A stretch of DNA of 39,001 nt, taken from sequence record SRR31156797_4554; one strand, 5' to 3'. Position numbers and translations under genes: made by a program. Positions 18,370 to 28,076 of this stretch are shown here, piece by piece (position 1 is the first letter of the stretch; each line of letters starts with the position of its first letter). The notes beneath the pieces are model-generated. The model saw nothing but the letters and a program-made list of their open reading frames with translations. It was not told the DNA's origin and searched no databases.

Positions 18370-18786
18370 ATGAAATTTTCGATAATAGAAACGGAAAGAA
18401 CCAATAATTTTACTGATCCAGCGATTCAAGCAAAAATCACTGGCTTATGGGAGAAAAACAGCGAGGCGGTCAAGAAAGCCGCAGAAAAAGGAACGGTCAT
18501 CGCTTGCGTTTACCACGAGTATGAGTCAAACTATCAAGGAGACTATGCCGTTTCGCTTTGTTTCGAAGAAACGGAGCAAGCAGACTTTGATACAGAAAAA
18601 TATACTTGGAAAAAGTATCCGGTCGATCGGCGCGATGCGCAGGGCATTCTGACTACTTGGCGTCAAGTCTGGTCAGAGGAAGAAAACCAGCAGTTGCAGC
18701 GCAGGTATTCCTTTGATTTCGAACAGTATGCGCCAGACGGCGAAGTAACGATTTTTATCGCCATTGAAGAAAGCGACAAAGAGTAA
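18370..18786 (+). CDS. GyrI-like / AraC effector-binding domain protein
   Basis: RTNN, CVYHEYESNYQGDY, W..VW, R.YSFDFEQY motifs; ATG follows AAGGAGG. Confidence 0.8.
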   Translation: MKFSIIETERTNNFTDPAIQAKITGLWEKNSEAVKKAAEKGTVIACVYHEYESNYQGDYAVSLCFEETEQADFDTEKYTWKKYPVDRRDAQGILTTWRQVWSEEENQQLQRRYSFDFEQYAPDGEVTIFIAIEESDKE

Positions 18787-18813
18787 CCATTTTCCTGAAT
18801 AGGAGGACAGTCA

Positions 18814-19326
18814 ATGAGACAGTACGAAAGCAAAGCAGACTTGATCCAAGAGATCACAGAACGTTACCAAAAATTTCGCCAAGAATTTGTTGAAATTCCC
18901 GAAGCGTTACGAAATCAGCGAACAGCTGGGGGCGATAAGACGCCTTCAGAAAACTTGTCTTACCAAATCGGCTGGGTCAGTTTGTTATTGTTATGGGAAG
19001 CACAGGAACAACAAGGGATGAGCGTTCACACACCTGCTGAAGGGTATAAATGGAACAACCTTGGCGGATTGTATCAATCCTTTTACCAGACATACGGCAG
19101 TTTGACCTTAGCGCAGCAGCAAGAGCTCTTAGACCAAAAAGTGACGGCCCTTTGCCAGTGGATCGAAGACTTATCCGATCAGGAATTGTTTGAAGCAGGG
19201 CAGCGGGATTGGGCAACCACCAAAGCACAGTGGCCAGTCTATAAATGGATCCATATCAATACAGTAGCACCCTTTACCAATTTCCGAACGAAAATCCGAA
19301 AATGGAAAAAGGAAGCACTGCATTGA
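18814..19326 (+). CDS. ClbS/DfsB-family (DUF1706) four-helix-bundle protein, colibactin-resistance-like
   Basis: [31 protein letters not shown] and [13 protein letters not shown] match my recollection of ClbS (SYLIGW; GFKWNELG; NTASPY). Confidence 0.85.
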   Translation: MRQYESKADLIQEITERYQKFRQEFVEIPEALRNQRTAGGDKTPSENLSYQIGWVSLLLLWEAQEQQGMSVHTPAEGYKWNNLGGLYQSFYQTYGSLTLAQQQELLDQKVTALCQWIEDLSDQELFEAGQRDWATTKAQWPVYKWIHINTVAPFTNFRTKIRKWKKEALH

Positions 19327-19355
19327 TCAATAGAGAAATGAATGAATCGAACAGG

Positions 19356-19387
19356 AAAATCACACCCTTTTCATAGTGTGATTTTTT
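19356..19387 (+). terminator. Terminator of the GyrI-ClbS operon
   Basis: AAAATCACAC-loop-GTGTGATTTTTT. Confidence 0.75.
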
Positions 19388-19452
19388 GCTGTACATAAAA
19401 AAACGGTTTATTGAGAAACAATGGCAAAGAAGCGCCAGCGACTTGCTATCAA

Positions 19453-19481
19453 TTGTGAGAGACTGAAAATCGTGCTATGAT
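19453..19481 (+). promoter_or_regulatory. Sigma-A promoter (extended -10)
   Basis: TTGTGA-17 nt-TATGAT with a TG extension. Confidence 0.6.
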
Positions 19482-19512
19482 GGCGTTAATCAGAGCAAGG
19501 AGGAAAAAGCAG

Positions 19513-19548
19513 ATGTGTGGTGGCATTATTTCCCAAAAAATTGCCTAA
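19513..19548 (+). CDS. Putative 11-aa leader peptide MCGGIISQKIA
   Basis: Strong SD AAGGAGG upstream; followed directly by a hairpin that covers the SD of the methyltransferase. Confidence 0.5.
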   Translation: MCGGIISQKIA

Positions 19549-19597
19549 GCCCATGTAGATCAAGACCAGCAAAAAACGATTTACATGGGAGGAATAA

Positions 19598-20332
19598 ATG
19601 ATGAAAGAAAACAAATATGATGACCAAACGTTTTTTAGTAAATACAGCCAAATGACTCGTTCACAAAAAGGTCTGCAAGGAGCTGGGGAATGGCAGACGC
19701 TAGAAAAAATGTTGCCTGATTTCGAAAAAAAGCAGGTACTTGATTTAGGCTGCGGGTATGGATGGCATTGCCAATACGCTGTAGACCATGGAGCGGCAGC
19801 AGTACTAGGAACTGACATTTCTCAACGGATGCTTGAGGAGGCTAAGAAAAGGAACCCTGATCCGAAAATAACGTATCAATGTGTCGCAATGGAAGAAGTG
19901 ACACTTCCTCCAGCCACAATAGACGTTGTTTTAAGTTCATTGGCGTTTCACTATGTGGCAACGTTCGAAACATTGATTAAAAGCATATCGGTCTGGCTGA
20001 AACCTGGTGGTGTACTCGTATTTTCGGTGGAGCATCCGGTTTATACTGCGGAAGGATCGCAAGATTGGCAGTATGATAGGCAGGGGGGAATCCAGCATTT
20101 CCCAGTCGATCATTACTATTATGAAGGCAAGCGGCAAGCGCAATTTTTAGGTGAAACGGTGATGAAATACCATCGTACCCTGACAACCTATTTAATGACC
20201 TTATTGCAAAACGGCTTCATTTTAGAAAAAGTGATTGAGCCGCAGCCGCCAGAAGAATTACTGGAAGTACCGGGAATGAAAGACGAAATGCGCCGACCAA
20301 TGATGCTGCTAATAGCTGCTAGAAAAAGCTGA
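19598..20332 (+). CDS. Class I SAM-dependent methyltransferase (Methyltransf_11 type)
   Basis: VLDLGCGYG, GTDIS, DVVLSSLAFHY, LKPGGVLVFSVEHP. Confidence 0.92.
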   Translation: MMKENKYDDQTFFSKYSQMTRSQKGLQGAGEWQTLEKMLPDFEKKQVLDLGCGYGWHCQYAVDHGAAAVLGTDISQRMLEEAKKRNPDPKITYQCVAMEEVTLPPATIDVVLSSLAFHYVATFETLIKSISVWLKPGGVLVFSVEHPVYTAEGSQDWQYDRQGGIQHFPVDHYYYEGKRQAQFLGETVMKYHRTLTTYLMTLLQNGFILEKVIEPQPPEELLEVPGMKDEMRRPMMLLIAARKS

Positions 20333-20346
20333 CTTAAAGAATTGTT

Positions 20347-20380
20347 AAACAGTTGATCTGTGAAGATCAGCTGTTTTTTT
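20347..20380 (+). terminator. Rho-independent terminator
   Basis: AAACAGTTGATCT-gtga-AGATCAGCTGTTTTTTT. Confidence 0.8.
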
Positions 20381-20698
20381 GTTTTGTGTCATCGTAAGAA
20401 ACAACCGATGAAGCCTGTGATCGCTTGATGTGTAGTGGGTTGAGTTAACAAAATAAACTGTTATTTTAATTCCTAAAGTGACGCGAAGGTGACAAAAATG
20501 AAACGCCATTACTTAAAAGGGTATGCTATATTTTAGACAGTACTTGTTTTTTTACGGAAAAAAGCCGATAGATGATGGCGTAACTTACGCAATCGCCGCC
20601 AATTGGTTTTATAGAAAAAACACATAACCATTCCCAAGTCCGATGCACGTTTGCAGAATATTCAGCAAACGAAAAGTAAATGACTATGATTAGAAAGG

Positions 20699-23056
20699 GT
20701 GAGGATCATCGAAAACAACCAAACCATTGGCTTAACGTCAGGGGAAGTCAAGGCGCGGGTGCAGCGCGGTCAAGTCAATAAGACAAAAAAGGATACGACG
20801 AATACGTACCCGAAAATCCTGTTTACCAATATCTTTACCTTTTTCAATTTAATCAACTGTGTCCTATTCTTTCTCGTCTGTTTGACGGGTTCTTATCAAA
20901 ACGGTTTGTTCGTCTTTGTTGTCTTCAGCAATGTGATCATCAATCTCTTTCAAGAAGTTCGTTCCAAACGAACGCTAGATAAGCTGGCACTGCTAAAAGT
21001 GGCCAAAGCCGATGTTTATCGGGATGGTAAGCTGGAGAATTTGCCGATCCACAAACTCGTAATGGATGATGTGTTACGACTGAAAAGCGGGGATCAAGTG
21101 CCGACGGATGCCAAAGTCATTCAAGGATCTTTAGAAGTCAATGAATCCTTGCTGACTGGTGAAATGGATACGATCCACAAACAGCCGGCAGACGAGTTGT
21201 TTTCTGGCAGTTTTATCACTGCTGGTGAAGCGTTGTGCCAAGTGATCCACGTAGGCGCTGACAACTATATCGCAAAAATCAACAGAGAAGCCAAGACCAT
21301 CAAACGACAAAAATACTTGATCCAAGGCAGTTTGAATAAAATCATTCGTTGGATCAGCTTGATTTTGGTACCGTTATGTACCCTCTTGTTTGTCAAACAG
21401 TTCTATTTCTCTCATGCGGCTTTCAACACCGCCATCTTACGGACGGTGGCGGCAGCTGTAGGGATGTTCCCCGAAGGTTTGTTTTTATTGACCAGTGTCA
21501 CATTGACCATCAGTGCCGTCTACCTGGCGCGCAAAAAAGTGATGGTGCAGGAATTGAACTGCATTGATGCTTTGGCACGGGTCGATGTTCTTTGCTTAGA
21601 CAAAACCGGCACGATCACCGAAGGCAAGATGACGGTGGAAAAGACGATTTCCTTTCAATTGGAAACACCGTTGGCAGAAATCACCGGCAACTTAATGGCT
21701 CAGCTACCCGATCAGAACCCAACGGCAATGGCGCTACGAACCTTTTTTTCAGAAAAAACGACGTACCAGATGCAGCAAGTCGTCCCCTTTTCATCTGACC
21801 GCAAATTCAGTTGCGTCACGTTTGAAGGGCAAGGCACTTATTTCATCGGAGCTGCGTCGATTTTACTGGGAACCAACCATGAAGCTGTCTTAAAACAGGA
21901 AAGACAGCTGGCAGAAGAAGGCTACCGGGTGATCGTTTTGGCGCACAGTGCGCAAGGCTATGAGGAGGCAGGACTGCCGACGGATATTGAACCGTTAGGA
22001 TTTTATTTACTGTCAGACACGATCCGTGAAGATGCCAAAGAGACCTTGGAGTATTTTCGTTCACAAGCAATCCAATGCAAGATCATCTCTGGCGATGATC
22101 CAGTGACAGTCAGTCAAATCGCGAAAAAAGTCAATCTACCAGGGGCTGCTGATTTTATCGATGTATCAAAATTAACTGCAGCCGAATTAAAAGAAGCTGT
22201 CAGCAACTATCAGATTTTTGGTCGAGTGACGCCGCAACAAAAGAAAGAAATGGTACTCATCTTGAAAGAACAAGGGCATACTGTCGCGATGACTGGCGAT
22301 GGCGTCAATGATGTTTTGGCGCTGAAAGAAGCCGACTGTTCCATCGCGATGGCTTCCGGTGTCGATGCTGCGCGTCAAGTATCAAATTTGGTGCTTTTGG
22401 AAAATCAATTCGATGCTTTGCCATCGGTCATGGATGAAGGCCGCCGAGTAATCAATAACATTACTCGCTCAGGTTCATTGGTGCTAGTGCAAGTCTTATT
22501 CTCCATCATGATCACTATGGGGACGTTGTTATCAGGAACGACATATCCTTTTGAGCCGATCCAATTAACGATCATCAATGCCTGCTTTGTCGGCATTCCG
22601 ACCTTCTTTTTAAACTTTGAACCAGACTTCAATCGGATCAAAGGGGACTTTATGACAACGATTTTCAAAAATGCTTTTCCAACAGCATTGACGATTACGG
22701 TAGGAACTCTGCTGATCATCAACTTTGGCTATTGGTTCAACAGTAGCAGCAAAGCTCTATCGATCATGAGCATTATTTTTACCGCTTGGAACTATCGCTT
22801 GATCCAGAAAAAAGTCTATCCAGCTATCAACAGCTATCGAACGATGATTTTTTTCAGCACCCAGATCTTGTACTTTGCTGCCTTGATCGTCGGTCGTGAC
22901 CTCTTTAACCTAGGCAATACCAGCTATCTCAACCTCATTCTCTTGATTGCCTTGTTGAATTTTTCCGCCTATATGCAACGCTTTGCGGATAAGGGAATCG
23001 AGTTACTGATGCGAAGGTATACGAAGAAACGAGCACTGCAGAAAGTGCAAAACTAA
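20699..23056 (+). CDS. Cation-translocating P-type ATPase
   Basis: ESLLTGE, PEGL, DKTGTIT phosphorylation site, SGD and TGDGVND motifs. Start codon uncertain (see findings). Confidence 0.95.
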   Translation: MRIIENNQTIGLTSGEVKARVQRGQVNKTKKDTTNTYPKILFTNIFTFFNLINCVLFFLVCLTGSYQNGLFVFVVFSNVIINLFQEVRSKRTLDKLALLKVAKADVYRDGKLENLPIHKLVMDDVLRLKSGDQVPTDAKVIQGSLEVNESLLTGEMDTIHKQPADELFSGSFITAGEALCQVIHVGADNYIAKINREAKTIKRQKYLIQGSLNKIIRWISLILVPLCTLLFVKQFYFSHAAFNTAILRTVAAAVGMFPEGLFLLTSVTLTISAVYLARKKVMVQELNCIDALARVDVLCLDKTGTITEGKMTVEKTISFQLETPLAEITGNLMAQLPDQNPTAMALRTFFSEKTTYQMQQVVPFSSDRKFSCVTFEGQGTYFIGAASILLGTNHEAVLKQERQLAEEGYRVIVLAHSAQGYEEAGLPTDIEPLGFYLLSDTIREDAKETLEYFRSQAIQCKIISGDDPVTVSQIAKKVNLPGAADFIDVSKLTAAELKEAVSNYQIFGRVTPQQKKEMVLILKEQGHTVAMTGDGVNDVLALKEADCSIAMASGVDAARQVSNLVLLENQFDALPSVMDEGRRVINNITRSGSLVLVQVLFSIMITMGTLLSGTTYPFEPIQLTIINACFVGIPTFFLNFEPDFNRIKGDFMTTIFKNAFPTALTITVGTLLIINFGYWFNSSSKALSIMSIIFTAWNYRLIQKKVYPAINSYRTMIFFSTQILYFAALIVGRDLFNLGNTSYLNLILLIALLNFSAYMQRFADKGIELLMRRYTKKRALQKVQN

Positions 23057-23059
23057 TAG

Positions 23060-23105
23060 AATAAGCCTGAAATGAGTGTTATCCATCATTTCAGGCTTAT
23101 TTTTT
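23060..23105. terminator. Bidirectional terminator
   Basis: AATAAGCCTGAAATGA-loop-TCATTTCAGGCTTATTTTTT between convergent genes. Confidence 0.85.
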
Positions 23106-23134
23106 AGCAAAAGGAGCTTTAAGCAATCATATGA

Positions 23135-24349
23135 TTAAGACTGTACTTGTGAAAGGGAATCCTTGTCTAGGGGAGCTTGATTCAATGCGCGTTTGCCGAT
23201 ATTGGTTACTAAGATGATCAGACTGAGGATCACGCAAGCAATTCCACCGAATAAGAAGGCTTGTTCACCCGGATTAATCGTTAACCAACTTAGGATGATA
23301 GGCGAGAAAATACCGCCCAGTGAGTTCAAAAATTGGAACACGGACATAGCAATTGCAATCTCAAAAGGCCTTGCTTTCAATGAGATATAGTAAGGAATGG
23401 TAGCCATAACCATAGCCATAGCAAATCCTGAGAGAATAGCACCGATCGACATGGTCAGTACCGTTGAAGAAAAACGGCTGATCAGAAACGTCAAAGCTAA
23501 CGATAGAAATCCTAATGCAAGTGTTTTATCTTTTGTCACGCGATTGATGTATTTCAAACTGAAGCCGGCAATGAACCCACCGACTGTTCCAATTGCATTG
23601 ACTAATCCAGTCGTACTTGTACCGCCAATTTCTTTATGGTTGATCAAAATAGAGAGATTACTTGGATAAATTGTGTAAATAAATGACATGAAGAATGCGA
23701 GTCCTGCAATAACAAAAATCAGTTTACTCATTGATTTTAAAACATCAATGGGGGCTGAGGTTGACTGGTTCTTTTTGTCAGTTGCAGTTTGTTTGGGAAT
23801 TTTATCCATAGGCAGATTCACTAGTAACAATAAGAAAACCAGGATCGTTATTAGAAAAATATAGTAGGTATTTTGCCAATTTGAGGCACCTAACAAACCG
23901 CCACCCAGCATCATTACAACGGAGCCTAACGAAGTAATTGCTGTTCCGATACCCATTAAGCCGGCTCGTTCTTCTCCTTCAAAGTACTCTGAGAGCAACA
24001 TAGGACTGAGTGTATTCATAAACCCAATCCCAATGCCCAAAATAAGCGCAAACCCCAATAGGAGATTGATGCTTGAATGAAAGAAGATAGGGACTAATCC
24101 CCCAATAGCTGTTAAAAGGATTCCGAAGAGAGCTAAGATTTTTTTGGGGCATTTCATCGCTAATACTCCTACGAATAATGTGGTAATCAAAGATCCTAAA
24201 CTAGGGATCGTACCGATCATTTGGATCTTTGCAATCGGCTCATTAGGAAAATCAGCAATAATGGCACTGTAAGCATTAGTCACAACTAAGGCACTCATAC
24301 TCATAAAACTCAGACTAATGATGCCGATTTTTAACCTCAATTTACTCAT
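23135..24349 (-). CDS. MFS transporter
   Basis: About 12 hydrophobic segments in two halves, YFEGEERAGLMG loop; overlaps the rhamnosidase stop codon. Confidence 0.9.
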   Translation of the reverse strand: MSKLRLKIGIISLSFMSMSALVVTNAYSAIIADFPNEPIAKIQMIGTIPSLGSLITTLFVGVLAMKCPKKILALFGILLTAIGGLVPIFFHSSINLLLGFALILGIGIGFMNTLSPMLLSEYFEGEERAGLMGIGTAITSLGSVVMMLGGGLLGASNWQNTYYIFLITILVFLLLLVNLPMDKIPKQTATDKKNQSTSAPIDVLKSMSKLIFVIAGLAFFMSFIYTIYPSNLSILINHKEIGGTSTTGLVNAIGTVGGFIAGFSLKYINRVTKDKTLALGFLSLALTFLISRFSSTVLTMSIGAILSGFAMAMVMATIPYYISLKARPFEIAIAMSVFQFLNSLGGIFSPIILSWLTINPGEQAFLFGGIACVILSLIILVTNIGKRALNQAPLDKDSLSQVQS

Positions 24350-26678
24350 ATATTTTCTCTCCTTTAATCGTTAAATGATGTTTTCCAGATGTTAAAACTT
24401 TTGAGGTCTCTCCATATTGGAAGATTGCTTTCGTATTTTGTGGCACACTTAAATGGAATTGGTCATTGCTCCGTTCGATTTCAATGTCACCGTATGCGGT
24501 TGTATAATTCAAGTGATAGCTTGAGATCGCGGTTTGCTCAAGCGGTGAAATTGTAAAAGAAGTAAAACCGGGTTCTGTTACTTGCAATCCTGCCAAACGT
24601 CTCACTAGCCAATCCCCAACACAACCAAATGCATAGTGGTTGAAAGAAAAATCACAGACTGTACCATCAGGTTGAATCGATGCCCATGACTCCCAAATCG
24701 TGGTTGCCCCATGATTGACTTCGTAAAGCCAAGAAGGACATTCCTCTTGTAGTAAGAGCTTCAGTGCCAATTCTTGATAGCCATAATCACAAAGAACGTC
24801 AAGGAGATAAGGGATGGATAAAAAGCCAGTGTCTAAGCAATAATTGTTTGCAATAATCAGCTCGGTTAGCCTTGCTGCTGCAGCTTTTGACGCTGTTTCG
24901 TCTAAAAGATCAAACGCCAGTGCGATCACATAGCTTCCTTGAAAATCAGCGGTAAGGTGATCATCGCGCCAGTAATATTTCTGAAAAGCTGCTTTTACTT
25001 TATTACTAAAATCACTCCAATTTTCTTCCTCTGCATCCAGTAGCTGGCTGATTTGAGCAAAAAGTTGAGATGAATGTGCTAGAAAAGCCGTACCGAAAAG
25101 GTCTTTCGTGACGAATGCTGTTTCCATCGGACCTTTAGCGTCCTCACCGATCATGAAGCTAGGAAACATCCAGTCACCAAAATGAAACTTTGTATCCCAT
25201 AAATACTGTTTGTCATCCGTCTTGTCCCCAGCGGCGCTTTTTCGACTAAAGGAGAGCCAGCGCTTCATGGCTTGATAATTTTCGACTAAAATCTCTAACT
25301 TGCCGTACCGTTGATACAATGTCCAAGGAAGTAAAACGATTGCGTCGCCCCAACCAGCAGAAGACAAAGAACCAGTAAGTGACTCTCCTTCAAAATAATC
25401 TCGGGGGGCAGGGGTATAGTCGACGATTTGTCCATCTGCTTGTTGCTCCAAGCGGACATTGTCTAGCCACCGCCCTAAGAAGTCATAAACATCCATAAAG
25501 AATGTTGCTGTTGGACCGAACACTTGAATGTCACCTGTCCAGCCGACCCGTTCCCGTTGTGGACAATCTGTCGGAATCGATAGCATATTCCCTTTTTGAC
25601 TCCATTGAATATTTTCGATCAGCTGATTTACTTTTGGATTGGATGTAGTAAAAGAGCCGGTTGTTTTCATATCAGAGTAAATGGCGTATGCCCAAACAGA
25701 CTGTTTATCTGGCAGGACGTCAAGCCCGTCAATTTTGATGTAGCGAAATCCGTGAAAGGTAAAGTCAGGCTCTAGCCAGGCTTCACGGCCATTGCCAATA
25801 AACACATCTTTTTGGTCTTTGTTTCTACCAACGATATTATTGAAAAAATGACCCTCCCGATCGAGCACTTCGCTATGCTCAATGGTGATTTCCTGTCCAT
25901 CAGCCAATGGAATCTGTAACTGGACGCGACCTGCGATCACTTGGCCGAAGTCTACGATCACTGCGTCTTTTTCCCACCAAATACCCTTTGCTGCAAGCTT
26001 TTCTTGGCGTTTGACTTGCGGTCCTCTTTGAGGAGTCAAATGGTCGAAGCCATAATCTGCTTTTGACACTTTCGTAAATCCAGTTAGGTCAAAATCGGTT
26101 TCCCAGTTTTCCTTTTCTAAACGTAAGTCTTGTTTTTCACCAATGAAAAGATCACTGTAGACGTATTTGCCGTGGCTGCTAAAAAAATCTTCGTCGGTCA
26201 CAATGATTTCATGCGTACCGTCGGTATAGTGGATTTCGATTTCTCCTAAGATACCTAGTCGATCACCGAATTGAGCACTGCCGCCACTGACACTGACCCT
26301 GCCGGCGTACCAGCCATCAGCTAACGTTACCGACCAAACATTTTTTTCTTTTAACAAGTGAGTCACATCGTAGGTCTGATATTGAAGATACTGCGTGTAA
26401 GAGGTATAATCTGGCGCAAATAATGCTTCTGACACCGCTTGTCCATTGATTTTTGCTTGATAGATGCCGTGTGCCGTCATCGTAAGGGATGCTTGTTTGA
26501 TAGACTTGTTTTCAATAGTGAATATTTTTTTCAAATAATGTGGTGGGAGTAACCTTTCTTCGGGGGGATCCTGCACAACTTTTTTTCCTGAAAACATATC
26601 CGCCAAACTGAATGGTGGTTCTTTTCGAGTTGGCTCTTGCTGCGGTTCGATCCAAGTCGCTTGCCAATTTTTTGTCAT
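24342..26678 (-). CDS. Alpha-L-rhamnosidase, glycoside hydrolase family 78 (cytoplasmic)
   Basis: LQYQTYDVT, DFGQ, FTFHGFRY, IPTDCPQRERVGWTGD, GATTIWESW and SFNHYAFG motifs; no signal peptide. Confidence 0.93.
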   Translation of the reverse strand: MTKNWQATWIEPQQEPTRKEPPFSLADMFSGKKVVQDPPEERLLPPHYLKKIFTIENKSIKQASLTMTAHGIYQAKINGQAVSEALFAPDYTSYTQYLQYQTYDVTHLLKEKNVWSVTLADGWYAGRVSVSGGSAQFGDRLGILGEIEIHYTDGTHEIIVTDEDFFSSHGKYVYSDLFIGEKQDLRLEKENWETDFDLTGFTKVSKADYGFDHLTPQRGPQVKRQEKLAAKGIWWEKDAVIVDFGQVIAGRVQLQIPLADGQEITIEHSEVLDREGHFFNNIVGRNKDQKDVFIGNGREAWLEPDFTFHGFRYIKIDGLDVLPDKQSVWAYAIYSDMKTTGSFTTSNPKVNQLIENIQWSQKGNMLSIPTDCPQRERVGWTGDIQVFGPTATFFMDVYDFLGRWLDNVRLEQQADGQIVDYTPAPRDYFEGESLTGSLSSAGWGDAIVLLPWTLYQRYGKLEILVENYQAMKRWLSFSRKSAAGDKTDDKQYLWDTKFHFGDWMFPSFMIGEDAKGPMETAFVTKDLFGTAFLAHSSQLFAQISQLLDAEEENWSDFSNKVKAAFQKYYWRDDHLTADFQGSYVIALAFDLLDETASKAAAARLTELIIANNYCLDTGFLSIPYLLDVLCDYGYQELALKLLLQEECPSWLYEVNHGATTIWESWASIQPDGTVCDFSFNHYAFGCVGDWLVRRLAGLQVTEPGFTSFTISPLEQTAISSYHLNYTTAYGDIEIERSNDQFHLSVPQNTKAIFQYGETSKVLTSGKHHLTIKGEKIYE

Positions 26679-26774
26679 AAACGGTCCTTCTTTCTTTCAA
26701 AATTTGCCCTAAATGAAGCTTGCAATTCTTTTAATGGCTTGTTAGTATTACTACTAAGTTTTTGATACCTAAAT

Positions 26775-26788
26775 TGTAAGCGCTATTC
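26775..26788. promoter_or_regulatory. cre-like site between the rhamnosidase and AraC genes
   Basis: TGTAAGCGCTATTC, close to the CcpA consensus. Confidence 0.45.
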
Positions 26789-26852
26789 TTTTTTGTGTCT
26801 TAGCTATTATTGCCAACCCGATTAGTAAAAAAAGACATTGGAGGATTTCACA

Positions 26853-27860
26853 ATGGCGACACTAACGATTCTTGAAAAAGCATTAAAAGAGGTTTATTTG
26901 GCTTGCCCAGAATTAGAACTCCAGGTACCGTTTCATGACAAAGTCATTCCCAAAAATTTAGCTTCTAGCAAACGACTGATCCTAGAACAAATTTTCGCGG
27001 AATTCAGACCAGAACTCTCGGAGCACTACTTGATCGAAGAAAATGCTGACATTCAAGTGATCAAACACATTCGCTATCTACCAGCAAATTATCATGCACA
27101 TGAATTTTTCGAGATGATCTATGTGGTAAAAGGTAGATGTTATAATTTTTTTGAAAATCAGACCTATGAATTGAAGGAAGGGGACATTGTAGTAATTGCA
27201 CCACGGACGATCCACGCAATCAGTGGATTTTCAGATGGCTTGGAAGCAGTCAATATTTTAATTCGCAAGAGCACCTTCAACGCTTCTTTCTTTGGGTTAT
27301 TAGAGGATAAAGATATTTTGTCGCACTTCTTCCTGAATGCGCTTTATGAAAACAGCAAGCGATTTCTTTATTTTCATACACTCCCCACAGCAGGGCTGAC
27401 GGACGACATTCTATTAATGACAGAAGAGATCAACAAAACGGATGGCTATTCTCAAAGAATGCTGAAGAACATTCTCGATACCTTTTTTATCAAGCTTTTA
27501 AGAGGGTTTCAAACCAATCGAGTCAGCCTAGATACTGAAGCAGGAGAGGAGTCAGAAACAATCGATATGCTTCAATATTTGCAGACTCACTTTGCGGAAG
27601 TCTCAATTGTCGATTTAACCAACAAGTTCAATTATAGTCAGCGGCAAATTGCGCGTATTCTAAAAAATAAAACGGGAAAAACTTTTTCTCAGTTAGTATT
27701 GGAGATGAGAATCAGCAAAGCAAAAGTCTATTTAAGACAAACAAACTTACCTATCCAAGAGATTGCTGAACTCGTCGGCTATGGGGATTTGAGTAATTTT
27801 TATCGCTATTTTTTTAAAGTAACGGGCAATTCACCAAAGCAGTTTAGAGAAATGAATTGA
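26853..27860 (+). CDS. AraC-family transcriptional regulator (cupin + HTH)
   Basis: HAHEFFEMIYV cupin; IQEIAELVGYGDLSNFYRYFFKVTGNSPKQFR. ATG 26853 follows GGAGG. Confidence 0.93.
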   Translation: MATLTILEKALKEVYLACPELELQVPFHDKVIPKNLASSKRLILEQIFAEFRPELSEHYLIEENADIQVIKHIRYLPANYHAHEFFEMIYVVKGRCYNFFENQTYELKEGDIVVIAPRTIHAISGFSDGLEAVNILIRKSTFNASFFGLLEDKDILSHFFLNALYENSKRFLYFHTLPTAGLTDDILLMTEEINKTDGYSQRMLKNILDTFFIKLLRGFQTNRVSLDTEAGEESETIDMLQYLQTHFAEVSIVDLTNKFNYSQRQIARILKNKTGKTFSQLVLEMRISKAKVYLRQTNLPIQEIAELVGYGDLSNFYRYFFKVTGNSPKQFREMN

Positions 27861-27876
27861 GCGTTTATCAAAGAGA

Positions 27877-27908
27877 ACTGCTCTTCTAGAAATGTTGAGC
27901 AGTTTTTT
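27877..27908 (+). terminator. Terminator after AraC
   Basis: AACTGCTC-loop-GAGCAGTTTTTT. Confidence 0.7.
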
Positions 27909-27957
27909 CGTATGCTATGTAGTAGTTAAAGAAAAAATAATGTGGCAATAGTCTTGC

Positions 27958-27975
27958 TATGAAACTCGTTTCATA
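27958..27975. promoter_or_regulatory. LacI-type palindromic operator (probable autoregulation)
   Basis: TATGAAAC-TC-GTTTCATA perfect dyad just upstream of the TACAAT -10 (27979-84). Confidence 0.65.
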
Positions 27976-28076
27976 CCGTACAATCAACCAAGGGACCTTT
28001 TCAGAAAATTTGTCGAAAGTGAATCAGTAAATTTTCTATGGTAGACTTAGGTCAATCGTAAAACAAACAGATAGGA

